A DNA stretch of 64,000 nucleotides, from positions 3,846,001 to 3,910,000 of the forward strand of contig CM119378.1 in NCBI GenBank assembly GCA_051294905.1, given 5' to 3'. The DNA comes from Botryllus schlosseri. Taxonomy: Eukaryota. Of the stretch, positions 22,414 through 35,020 are shown piece by piece. Each line of letters opens with the position of its first letter. Position 1 is the first letter of the stretch. Made by a program: the position numbers and the translations under genes. Below the pieces are notes generated by a model. The model was not told the origin of the DNA, did not search any database, and was given only the letters and a program-made list of their open reading frames with translations.

Positions 22414-23502
22414 TAGGGTTGCCATACGTCCGGAATTTCCCGGACATGTCCGGAATTTCACTGAAAAATCTGCGTCCGGGAGGAATTTCTAAAATATGCC
22501 CAAATGTCCGGAATTTTGAAGGCTTGAAGCAGGCTCAAAAGTTTTTCGTAAATCAACATAAACAATAATATTTTAAAGCTGATTTATGCTATTCAAAATT
22601 GTTCTTCGCGCCGCGCCCGAGTTAATGCAACGTATAAGGATATTAGTATGGGCACCAGGCACCACCGTCGCCAAAAGATGCTATCAAAATAAATATAAAT
22701 ACCCATCATTTACTGAAAGAAGTCTGATTGCAATCGCAATTATAAGCCAACGGTATATTCCTAGAGTTGGTTGAGGCCGATTGGATGCTTCAGTCACAGA
22801 CGGTGGTTGCAAATGCTGGGGTCGTTCGCCTTTATCTGGGGATCGCGATGATGTTGGACGTAATCAGCTTGCTAGGCCATGAGTAAGTTTGGGCAAGCTG
22901 AATTTTTTTTAGTAATCAGCTTATCAAGTTTTGAGCTTTATTGCCACGGAACATATTCAAGTCGGTCGCGACCATGAAAGGTTGGAAATCACCGGATGTA
23001 CAAACTGCTGGTGCATTTTATAGTAGCCTAATATATGGAAGAATCAATATTATTGACAGAATTCATACATAAAATTTTAACAGCCAAATGCATATAGTAA
23101 GTGCCCAACAACTTACATCGACTACCCTATGGTGGGCGGAAGGGGGCAGAAAAAATGATGTATCGGACCTGATTAAAACACATAAATAGATAGCCACACC
23201 GACAGGGCTGTCAAACACAATCATGACAGGCCAGACACAGCCCGCCAGATGATTTCATCCGGCCCGTGGAGGAATCTATTGCAGATCCTAGCAAGTAGCA
23301 ATCAGCAGAGCTCACATTACAGATGGCCCAATTCATGACCTATATGTTCCACTCCATTCCTGCATAGTGTATAGAGTCGATGGGCAATGTTTTGCTAGTG
23401 TGACGTCATATTGACGGTCAATGTGTTACACCTCATTTTAAAATCCGCTAGTGGGCGCTAAAGATTGTCCGGAATTTGCTTCATAGAAATATGGTAACCC
23501 TA
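22414..23502. mobile_element. hAT MITE (TAGGGTTGCCATA TIR) 75 bp downstream of the NHL stop codon
   Basis: Perfect TSD TTTTAAGT; GTCCGGAATTT subterminal repeats. Confidence 0.93.
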
Positions 23503-24434
23503 TTTTAAGTAGGCTATTGCCAGGGCATGGTATGATATGGTATGGTGTGAAAGTATGGTATGATATGGAACGAAATTTCGGTATGGAATATGGAACTGTG
23601 CAAGTATGGAATCGTATGGAAATTTCCGAAGTATGGTATGTAACTGTTTTTCCATACTTCCATACTATTTCAATAATTTGACAGTTTTGCCAGAACCATG
23701 ACAATGATCCTACATTCGATTTGTCCAATTGATTGCTTGCCGCAGAAAATCGCTCACTGTCTATGTTCATATCTCAAACTGAAATTCATGACTCACCCAT
23801 CGCGGTCGACATCTATTTGAATACAAAAATGTTGCGCAACGCACATATGAGGGAAAATCATATTAATGACAATTATTCCAACCTAAATATCGTAAAAACT
23901 AATGATATTCGACCGCTGACACGTTAGAACTTGCTTTCGCTTGTCGTTTCTTCCACTCCTTGAACTACCAAGGGGGTTTTAAAATCGTACGCTCTGACAA
24001 TGTAGAAGTTACATGAGTATCGTTATCAGTTTGTTGAACTTGGAAATAATTTTCTGCGCTTTCGTAGGATGATCATCACGCAATATCTATTTGACATGAC
24101 CATCACTGTATTTCAAAAATATGTAGCCTGTCTTGGAGCGACGCTGCGATATGCCGGCCTCCAACACGCATTGTAAGTTGAAGAAATCTGGTAATATTTG
24201 ATTAAAAAATATGGACACCCTGATATTGGCTCTATTAAAAGACGATTTTGTACTCCATCGATGCAGCTGACTAGATGATCCGTAAGGATCGTATCGCTGC
24301 CACCTGTATTTTACTTTTTCAATGTAATTTGTTCTCAATAGAAACTGTCTCTGTCTCTCTGTGTGACCCACAGCCATACTCTAGCAGTCTAGCTAGATCA
24401 ACCAATCGGGCGTCGTCAGTTACCCGTATTTTAA

Positions 24435-24717
24435 CTGTTTTTTTGCTATAACTAGTTTTGTGTTCACAATAGAGAAAACTGTCTTAGGACTTATATAAGC
24501 AAGATGTTTCTGCAGCTTTTGAGCTATATATCATGACTCTACCACCAGTGGTTGCCGAGATATGGAATTTAACCACTCGTGCGCAGAAATTGGGGGGCTG
24601 CCAGCTAGAAAATGGGGCAACCCCTAAATTCAATTTTTATTGAAGTTTCATGTCATTTGTCGGGATTGAAGAACCCCCTTTTTTCGATTTAAAAAAAGTC
24701 ATTTTCACTCCACCCTG
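24435..24717. mobile_element. Terminal fragment of the TAGGGTG-ended hAT-like element (inverted relative to 52821-53105)
   Basis: Reverse-complement match to 52821-53105. Confidence 0.75.
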
Positions 24718-24892
24718 AATGAAAAGTGAAGCAGATGATATAAAAGGCAAGCGACAAAATGAGGTGGCATGTGGCGGAATGCGAGAACGATGTTAGGTCG
24801 TGGTCCGGCAATCCTGAAGGCTGACTAGTATTCATTTAGAAGAAATTGCGTATATTTTGACCTGAATGTGGACATGCTCGACGACTGTCGAT
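24718..24892 (-). mobile_element. CR1-group LINE 3' fragment
   Basis: Matches 47550-47725. Confidence 0.75.
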
Positions 24893-25501
24893 CGACTGAT
24901 AGATTTTGCACTATGCGTTCAAAATTATCGGCCTTCACACAGGTCACAATACTTATGATAGCATTTCAAAAGGGTACTGATACGTTAGGATCGCAGCCTT
25001 CACGAGTGACTTTAATAATCAATATAATATGAAAAATTATCCACCCGGCAATGAAAAACTGAAAGGACTGAATATATATATATGTATTATGTATGGATGG
25101 TCCGTATAGATATGGAGGCTTTTTGCACCATGTCTGTTCAGTGTTCATGTTCATTGATCAAACTTATCTCCCTATTGGAGAATATGACACAATCCATCGG
25201 TTATTGACAGGCAGTGTTATTTTTAACATATGCCCAAAATACCAAAAATAGCCTATTTTTGGCATTTTTCAGATTTTATTGTTGTCAGCCTTTTTAGCAG
25301 CGAGAGTAAAAACCGAATTGACAACGGTGGGGGAGAGTCAATTCACCCAATACAAAACCGACTACTTCTGCAACATGTAATCCGAATAGTCGATTTAATA
25401 TGCGTGCTTAATTACCTGCATTCACAAATCACAATACCACTTATGATTACAATTCAAAATCGTTGCTGACATGTTTGGATCACAGTCTTCACTCACTAAC
25501 C

Positions 25502-26676
25502 CAGAGGTCTCAAACAGGCGGCCCGCCAGAGCATTTTGTGCGGCCCGCGACGACATTTTAGATTTTTATTAATTTGAGAATATATAAGTGTCACATAAAT
25601 CTTTTCAGGTTATAAAGTTAAAATTCCCTCTTAAATTGCTCCGAAAGCCGGAACCAAATTATCAAATTTCACTATCTCATCAATTGCAAACGCTACCATG
25701 GAAGATTCACTATTTCGCCACATTTCCAATTCATGATGACAAAACCTGACCCTTAGACGAATCGTGACTGACATTTGTGAGTTGGACTTGGACGCGACCT
25801 TTCTTAGAATTACTCAGACTCGGACTAACTCGATGGCAAAATGAAAATGACTCGAGTGGACTCGGAGTGCCGTGAATTTGTTGGAACCATGGACGCAAAA
25901 AACTAATCGCGTATCAGGGGAATAGTAATACATCAGAAAGTCACAGCTTGGTATTTCGCTCACTAAGCAAGTAGTAATGGCAACCATTGGCAATCTGTTA
26001 GTTACATCTTTTGTCGCTAAACCATGTTATTAAGGCCACTTAAAGGTATCGAGTACCGTAGTGATACGCTCCAACGATGTAACAACAATGGGATGGGCTG
26101 TTCGGCGTTCCGACATTTCAATCACTAGGACACATTCATTACTATATTTATATTATATTTATATTTTTTCTGCTCCTCTAATTGAAGATATTTTGCAATG
26201 AGATTAATAGCCTACTTATCAGAAGTATACCTGAATCCTGGATTGGAATTACAATGCTCAACTTAAAAATGTCTTGATATGAAATCAGTCTCTATCAATC
26301 TGTTAAATTCAAAATATTCATAGTAGCTGCAAAATTATAACCCGATAGCTTTTATGATGGCATCATACATTTGTCCGCCCATATGGTGCCTATATCTTAT
26401 AATTAATATATATCAACTACAACAACAATTCTATTCAAATAGTCATAAATGTGATGATTCTTTCCGTGCCAGGCGTAAATTGATACCAGAGTAAATCACA
26501 TTTTGACGATGTGTGTTTACTGTCAGTCTGCTGGATCGGCTCACTTTCAATAGGACAATTCCCGCCAAATAAGGCCTACTTGGAAAGACATAGACTACCC
26601 CTATAAATGCTGCGGCCCGCGGCGTCGTCAGAACTGGAAAACTGGCCCGCGAGCACATTTGAGTTTGAGACCTCTG
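25502..26676. mobile_element. hAT (Buster/Charlie-type) MITE
   Basis: TIR CAGAGGTCTCAAAC; perfect TSD CACTAACC; GGCCCGC subterminal motifs. Confidence 0.93.
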
Positions 26677-27969
26677 CACTAACCGGACACAGTCTCTCAG
26701 TGCTGATTGCACAATATGCTGACATATGCTGACACTCAAGTAGAAGTAGAAGTAGCGACGAAAAAAAATCTACTCAAGTACGAGTAGAAGTTCTTTTTCA
26801 ACAAGCCACCTGAACTATTAGAAGTAGAAGTAGAATTGACTGACTCTAAATCTACTCAAGTAAGTAAGTAGTTTTGAAAACAGTCTTAATTCGTTCGCAT
26901 GGACTGTCAAAAGCTGCGAATTGAGCTATGCGGAAGGAGCAGGGAGCTTGATTCGCATTGATGCATCCCAGGAGGTATCAATTTTCGACAGAATAACCAT
27001 TCTTTCGCATCATGGGATGCAACTTATAGTATTGATATGAAAATGCGATACTAACCCTTTGTTTATTAGATGACCCCGTTTTAGAGAATATCATGGCATG
27101 ACGCCCTACCCCATATTATAAGGCCCCAAATTTAGGCGAAGAACAATACGTAGAAGTTGTATCGGATACGGTTTCGTCACTTTGCGCGATTAGTATGCGT
27201 TAATAACAAATATTTTGGATCGTAAAAGTTATATTAAGTGTAGCTCTATTTTCGGAAAATAAAGGCATTACTACACTTTCTTTTATGCTTCAACATGTAT
27301 GTTCTGCAGACAAAAGAGCTGAAAGTAATTAGAACTCAAAGTATGATGCTCGTAATTGAAAGTGAAATACATAATACCACTTCTAAAAAGCGGAGAATAT
27401 ATTTCATGTCTTTTTTCCATAAAGCTTCAAAAGTGATCTGCTAAAACAGGCTGGATTTTCCAGATTATCCGGACACGTAATGGGCTGCTAGATTACGATA
27501 TGGTAGGTAATTGCTAGATCGCAAAACGGTAGTTTCAAACTTTATGGTAGGCCATATTTACTGTGATGAAATATTTGATTTGGGCGACAATGCGGTGTGA
27601 GCGGAACCAAGCAATCCGGTACTTAAATTATATTCACTGATAATTTCGAGAAAACATATTTGCTACTTCATAACTACTGTGCGCGAAGCGCAACAAAATT
27701 CGTGGGCTTTACTTGACTTTTATGAATATTAAATGTTGGTACTCCGTGAAAACAGCCACCAAATTCCTCAGGCTATCTTTCGTCTTGGGGGATTAAACTA
27801 CTTCTACTTGACAAACATAAAAAAGCGAAAAGTAAGTAAGTAGATCACAAAATATTACGAAGTAGAAGTTGTAGAGAAAATTGGATCTACTTGAGTAAGT
27901 ACTAGAAGTAGAGGAAGACTACTTGAGTACTTAAAAAAAGTAGAAGTACTTCATTACTGATCACCTCTG

Positions 27970-28745
27970 GACAAATAAGAAACAAACGATACCAAAGTAG
28001 AATGCACGAACATAATTGACCTCCCCTGTAAGTTGGAAGTACAAGGTAATTTACGTTGGCCGATAGAATCAGTTTGTTTCCGAATTCTAAGCGGATAACG
28101 TCTTCTCGACGTTCGAGCAGGACTAGTTGCAGGACGCTGTGCCCTATTTCTGACCAATGGCTGCTCATCTTGGGACTGTTGAGGCTGAGCAACTTCCTGT
28201 GTGGCTATATTCCTATCAATGGAAATCAAGCGTGGCTGGAGTTGGTTTTCATGCCTTCTCCAATACCCATGATCTGTTTTGACAATGTACACCACACGTC
28301 CCAGTATTTCCGTCACCACGCCAGCAACCCACTTTGGTCCGCGTCGGTAACTGCGAGCGTAAACCTAGGAACCAATCTCGAAATGAGTAACTGATTATCT
28401 AGGCGTAACGGGTTTTGATTTGTCCAAGGGCGAGCACAAACTCAACAAATTGCGCGGCCGCCGACCGTGTAAAATTTTAGCAGGCGTTTTCCAGTCTATG
28501 CCCGGCTGCGGTGCACATCGGTACGTAGCGAAAAGTGTTTGGAGCGCGAAGGTAATATCTTTTCCCGCGTCGCAATTTTCTCTCAATCCAGCTTTTAAAG
28601 TCTGGACGAAACGCTCCGCAGGGTGAAAAGACGGTAATACGATATGGCTGATTGCCAAATTCAAACGAAACGTATTGAATTCATTCGGTGCGAATTGCCG
28701 TCCGCCATCCGTGACGATTGTTACGGGCAAACCGTCCAAATCCAT
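27970..28745 (-). mobile_element. Gypsy LTR retrotransposon relic: integrase C-terminal half, PPT and probable start of the 3' LTR
   Basis: GLPVTIVTDGGRQF...HPAERFVQTLK...YRCAPQ...TPAKILHGRRPRNLL; GRVVYIVKT...WRRHENQL; purine tract AGGGGAGG at 28020-28027 on the minus strand. Confidence 0.88.
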
Positions 28746-29714
28746 CCAAGGCCACTTCCCGGAAGGACTGAAATCCTGCAGCCGATGTTTCATCGATCAC
28801 CAGAGAAAAGACTGTCTATTTCGATATGAGGTATGTCAGAAATCTGGTCGTAGAGGTCATATCAAACCTCTGTGCATGCCTACCAAACCTATGTATCACG
28901 CAACAGGTCACATCCGTCAATTTCTGCTCAGTGCCACTCCTCTCCTTCGATATCGATCAACTATGTCGACGAGTAGGAAACCATCTCTTGATGAACTCCG
29001 GCTTTAACGACGTTGCCAACACGGTGGGACACTGCTGCACCCTCCGGCATAGTGAAATAGACTGCGTACAAAACTTTGGGCTCTCCAAAACTCTCCGCAT
29101 ACCATTGCTCTTTCGTAACGTACGGTGACAAGGCACTGAAAGTGAACGGTAGTTGCACTGTAACCGTGTCGGTGGGTTCCGAAGTTCGAGTTGGCTTAAA
29201 ATTGGCAGTTCTCGACGTACACCGTGGGCAAAACATTTTCAGTATCGATTGGAGCGATGCTTTCTTCATGACCGCTAAGGGAACGCCTGCTTTGGATGCA
29301 ATTTCCTCGCAGATGGTCAAATCGCAATCATGTAATACCATTGACATTTGTGATTCTAACGACAAATTGGTATCTCTTCAGTCCAAATTTTCCTCCGTTT
29401 TCTCTATTGTCTTAGGACGATGCACCAAGACAAAGATGACAATTCACTTGAAACCTAATGCCTAGCCCGTATTCAACAAGCCACGTCTTTTGTCTTTCGC
29501 AAGGCAAATCGCTCTTCAAACCGAATTGAATAGATTTGTCAATCAAGGTATTCTCGAACCAATCAATTACAGTGATTGGGCAGCACCAATTGTTGCCGTC
29601 ACTAAATATGATGGATCAGTACGCATTTGTGGTGACTTCAAAGCATTGAATCAAAAAATTCAGATAGATCAACATCCCCTGCCCTCCTTAGATGAAATGC
29701 TTATTTTCAACTAG
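28746..29714 (+). mobile_element. Gypsy (Mag/K02A2.6-like) relic: gag zinc knuckles, protease remnant, start of RT
   Basis: CSRCFIDHQRKDC...CQKSGRRGHIKPLC; protease-like TYGDKALKVNGSCTVTV...NIFSIDW; RT start LEPINYSDWAAPIVAVTKYDGSVRICGDFKALN...HPLP. Contains stops and frameshifts. Confidence 0.9.
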
Positions 29715-30587
29715 AATTAGATGATGATGCGAATAAATATTTCATCACAGTAAATATGGCCCACCATAACGTTAGAAAATACCGTTTCGCAATCTAGCAA
29801 TTACCTATCATATCATACTCTAGCAGCCCAAGACGTGTCCTGCTAATATGGAAAATCTGGCTTTTTTGATCGTTACTTCTGTTTTAGCAGATCACCTTTG
29901 AAGCTTAATGGAAAAAAGACATGAAATATATTTTAGGCTTTTTAGAAGTGGTATTTGTATTTCACTTTCAATTCCAAGTATCATACTTTTGAGTTCTAAT
30001 TACTTTCAGTTCTTTTGTCTGCAGAGCATACATGTGGAAGCATAAAAGCAAGTGTAGAAATGCCTCTATTTTCCGAAAATAAAGCTACACTAAATAGTTT
30101 AGCAATTGCGCTTAGCCGCAAAAGCCCACTGAATTGTGTCCTTGAACACTATCCATACGCCGGAAGTACATTCTGACAAACCTATTATAGAAAACTCTGT
30201 TACTGCGTAAGCGACAGCGACCATAATAATGTTAACCGGCAAGAAATTCATAACGAATCGTGATCCGAGGTTATTCACAGCGATAAGCTGCCGAAGGCAG
30301 CAGTTTTGCGAGAAAAACTAATAGCTACGCCCATAAGGTCGTAGTATAGATGAGTTTCCGCGGATGGATCCACCAAAGTTCTTGTTTAGGTTTCAGGACA
30401 TATATGTACAATTGTACATATATATCTAGGATATGTATATTATCGGTAGGAAACAAGACATTCTGGTGTTTTAGCCAAAGTATCTTCCTCCGTAAGCTGT
30501 CATAGGCGGGCTTCACCCTACCGCCAAGAATTCAAAGGTTGGGTGTTTTCGGTGGATATCATGTAACGTAAAATCTAGGAATATACA

Positions 30588-31967
30588 CAGGGTTGCCATC
30601 GACATGGACCAAAAAATAAGGACAGTCGAAAAATTGAATTAGCATGAAAAGCATTTTTGTACATATACTGTGTTTATACCAGCCGTGGCATATCACATTC
30701 CATACTTTTCACCAGAAACAATCTGCTCCAGCAACTCCCTGTTATTAGAAAGTGCTTCATAGATCTCGCGACAGCTCAGTTCTAGGTTTACCTTTATTTA
30801 GGGCCAAAACAGCACTTCGTCAGCCCCCCCCCCCCCCCCCCACAAAAATATCCTTTGTGTTGCCCACCTGGGGTGATAAAGCAAATTTCGTCACCTCGTT
30901 AAGGCGAGGCGTCAACCAAGATGGAAAAAGACCGCACAACAAGTTTAGACAAAATCATTTTTGAGCGTATGGAGCAACAACTCTAGTAACAATACTTGTA
31001 GTCTTGGTCCTGGCCGAAGAAAACTTATTTGCAATGTTGGAATCGGGGAATATTGCTTTGAACAATTGCGATGTGTAATCGTTGGTGAGGAATGATTGCT
31101 GGTGTTTGACAGTATAGAATGCCTAGGTACGCTCTGCAGTAGCTGCCTTGTAGTCTGAGGTCGTTGGTGCTGATCGACTTGTGGAAAAATTATTCATCGA
31201 TTGGCTCAAATTAATCATCATGACACACTTCTTGTGTTTTGGGGTATCAATGTAAGTTGAAGTAGCGGTCTCTCCTATGGCCCCCAGGTTAATGTCACAA
31301 TTGCCGACATTGCTATGTGCGAAACACTCGCCCTTCAATCTTCCTTAGATACCGTTGAATTCTCTCTCATAATCGACACGAAAAACGTTTTTACGCCTGT
31401 TTATTTCAACTAATCAGATTTATCCTTCTCTGTAGGTAAAAATATATGCGCAAGTGGAATATAATTTGGAAAAATTTATCAATGATTTATAGCTTTACTA
31501 CTTTTTAACCAATGTGTCGACTGCACTGCGCCCTTTTTCACTACACAATGAATGCTGCTTTCCCCACAGCCTGAGCTTATTCTGCTGTATACCAAACAGC
31601 GGTAACCTGGCATTGCTGTTTACTGCTAAAATGACGTCTGCTGCGGTAGCTTGGTACGGCCGAAACTGCTGTACCACCACTCACTGCCCTAGCTATCTCA
31701 CCACTTGTGGTGCGTGTACGTCACGAGAGTTCCTTTCATTTATGATGTCATAAAATCTCGACGAATAAGCTTAATTTTAGAATATTATGCAACATAGATA
31801 CCAGAGGAATACGATCACAAGTTTTGTAGCGGTTGAAAATAAGACAAAACAAGGACGCAAGTCGAAAATAAGGACATTTCTTAGAAATATGGACAGTCGA
31901 GTTTTCTAAGACGTGGCCCTTCAAAATAAGGACAAATCTTAGAAATAAGGACGGTATGGCAACCCTG
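30588..31967 (-). mobile_element. Internally deleted hAT transposon retaining a decayed BED-finger/transposase N-terminus
   Basis: TIR CAGGGTTGCCAT; TSD AATATACA / AATATAGA; AAATAAGGAC repeats. Minus strand ~31400-30960 reads RRKNVFRVDYEREFNGI*GRLKGECFAHSNVGNCDINLGAIG...KHKK...AERT*AFYTVKHQQSF...IFPDSNIANKFSSARTKTTSIVTRVVAPYAQK. Confidence 0.85.
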
Positions 31968-34900
31968 AATATAGAGGATTAATAGTTCTTATGCGAAGAT
32001 AAAGTATAAATGATGGTAAAGGAACGATACGGAAATAATACAAACAAAATAATTGATATTATAAGCAGAGGGAAGTAATATATATAGATAGCCTAGGATG
32101 AATATGACGCAGTCTAAAGCAACTTTACCATAATTGATATGCAATATAATAGCAGGATCCAGTATGATAACCAAATCCATAAACTGTACAAACAGAGTAA
32201 TGATCCAACATCGTAATCCGGATTGATCATAGTATATTGAGCTGCCGTGAGGTGGTTTTTAGGGTAATGCATATAAAAAAAATAAAGGAATAATAACTCA
32301 ATTATTAAGAGATGATGGAAATGCGGTGTGGAAAGAGATATAGATATGGGGTGTTGGCAGATTAGATGTTATATAATATCAAGTTGTCTGGTTATTTAAT
32401 CAAGCTAAGAATTGCACAGACAAAGTCAAATCCAGATGCGTGGTCCGAGGTTTTATTCACAGTGATCGATATAATCTGCCGAAGGCAGGACAGCGAGAAA
32501 AACTAATAGCTATACGCCCTTACGGGCGCAGTATGGAGTTTCCGCGGATGGGTCCACCAAAGTTTGAGTTTAGGTATTGAGACATATATATACATATAAA
32601 TATATTTAGGATATGTATATTGCTGGTAGGAATGTAGTAAAAAGACATTCTAGTGTTTTAGCCAAAGGATCTTCCACCGTAAGCTGTCATAGGCGGCCTG
32701 ACCCTACCGACAAGAACTCAAAGGTTGAGTGTATTGTAATAATTTTAAAAACCTTTTGTATAAATGCAAGTTATTACTGCGACATTCACGAGAATTAAGT
32801 GCAACTTTCACGATTTATATACAACAAAAACTTGCCCTAGTGATTAATGCAATTCATCATAAACAGGTCAGCATTTATAATACCTGCTATAAATCAAATG
32901 ATATTTTCACACTGATTCCGAAAATCCTAATATTAATAAAGCAAATTAATAATTAATAAAGCAAATTTCGTCACCTCGTTAAGGCGAGGCGTCAACCAAG
33001 ATGGAAAAAGACCGCACAACAAGTTTAGACAAAATCATTTTTGAGCGTATGGAGCAACAACTCTAGTAACAATACTTGTAGTCTTGGTCCTGGCCGAAGA
33101 AAACTTATTTGCAATGTTGGAATCGGGGAATATTGCTTTGAACAATTGCGATGTGTAATCGTTGGTGAGGAATGATTGCTGGTGTTTGACAGTATAGAAT
33201 GCCTAGGTACGCTCTGCAGTAGCTGCCTTGTAGTCTGAGGTCGTTGGTGCTGATCGACTTGTGGAAAAATTATTCATCGATTGGCTCAAATTAATCATCA
33301 TGACACACTTCTTGTGTTTTGGGGTATCAATGTAAGTTGAAGTAGCGGTCTCTCCTATGGCCCCCAGGTTAATGTCACAATTGCCGACATTGCTATGTGC
33401 GAAACACTCGCCCTTCAATCTTCCTTAGATACCGTTGAATTCTCTCTCATAATCGACACGAAAAACGTTTTTACGCCTGTTTATTTCAACTAATCAGATT
33501 TATCCTTCTCTGTAGGTAAAAATATATGCGCAAGTGGAATATAATTTGGAAAAATTTATCAATGATTTATAGCTTTACTACTTTTTAACCAATGTGTCGA
33601 CTGCACTGCGCCCTTTTTCACTACACAATGAATGCTGCTTTCCCCACAGCTTGAGCTTATTCTGCTGTATACCAAACAGCGGTAACCTGGCATTGCTGTT
33701 TACTGCTAAAATGACGTCTGCTGCGGTAGCTTGGTACGGCCGAAACTGCTGTACCACCACTCACTGCCCTAGCTATCTCACCACTTGTGGTGCGTGTACG
33801 TCACGAGAGTTCCTTTCATTTATGATGTCATAAAATCTCGACGAATAAGCTTAATTTTAGAATATTATGCAACATAGATACCAGAGGAATACGATCACAA
33901 GTTTTGTAGCGGTTGAAAATAAGACAAAACAAGGACGCAAGTCGAAAATAAGGACATTTCTTAGAAATATGGACAGTCGAGTTTTCTAAGACGTGGCCCT
34001 TCAAAATAAGGACAAATCTTAGAAATAAGGACGGTATGGCAACCCTGAATATAGAGGATTAATAGTTCTTATGCGAAGATAAAGTATAAATGATGGTAAA
34101 GGAACGATACGGAAATAATACAAACAAAATAATTGATATTATAAGCAGAGGGAAGTAATATATATAGATAGCCTAGGATGAATATGACGCAGTCTAAAGC
34201 AACTTTACCATAATTGATATGCAATATAATAGCAGGATCCAGTATGATAACCAAATCCATAAACTGTACAAACAGAGTAATGATCCAACATCGTAATCCG
34301 GATTGATCATAGTATATTGAGCTGCCGTGAGGTGGTTTTTAGGGTAATGCATATAAAAAAAAATAAAGGAATAATAACTCAATTATTAAGAGATGATGGA
34401 AATGCGGTGTGGAAAGAGATATAGATATGGGGTGTTGGCAGATTAGATGTTATATAATATCAAGTTGTCTGGTTATTTAATCAAGCTAAGAATTGCACAG
34501 ACAAAGTCAAATCCAGATGCGTGGTCCGAGGTTTTATTCACAGTGATCGATATAATCTGCCGAAGGCAGGACAGCGAGAAAAACTAATAGCTATACGCCC
34601 TTACGGGCGCAGTATGGAGTTTCCGCGGATGGGTCCACCAAAGTTTGAGTTTAGGTATTGAGACATATATATACATATAAATATATTTAGGATATGTATA
34701 TTGCTGGTAGGAATGTAGTAAAAAGACATTCTAGTGTTTTAGCCAAAGGATCTTCCACCGTAAGCTGTCATAGGCGGCCTGACCCTACCGACAAGAACTC
34801 AAAGGTTGAGTGTATTGTAATAATTTTAAAAACCTTTTGTATAAATGCAAGTTATTACTGCGACATTCACGAGAATTAAGTGCAACTTTCACGATTTATA

Positions 34901-35020
34901 TACAACAAAAACTTGCCCTAGTGATTAATGCAATTCATCATAAACAGGTCAGCATTTATAATACCTGCTATAAATCAAGTGATATTTTCACACTGATTCC
35001 GAAAATCCTAATATTAATAA
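30876..35020. repeat. Near-identical direct tandem duplication, period 2080 bp (30876-32939 and 32956-35020)
   Basis: Paired ORFs offset by 2080/2081. About three differences seen by eye: 31571/33651, a poly-A length, and ~32898/34979. Confidence 0.97.
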
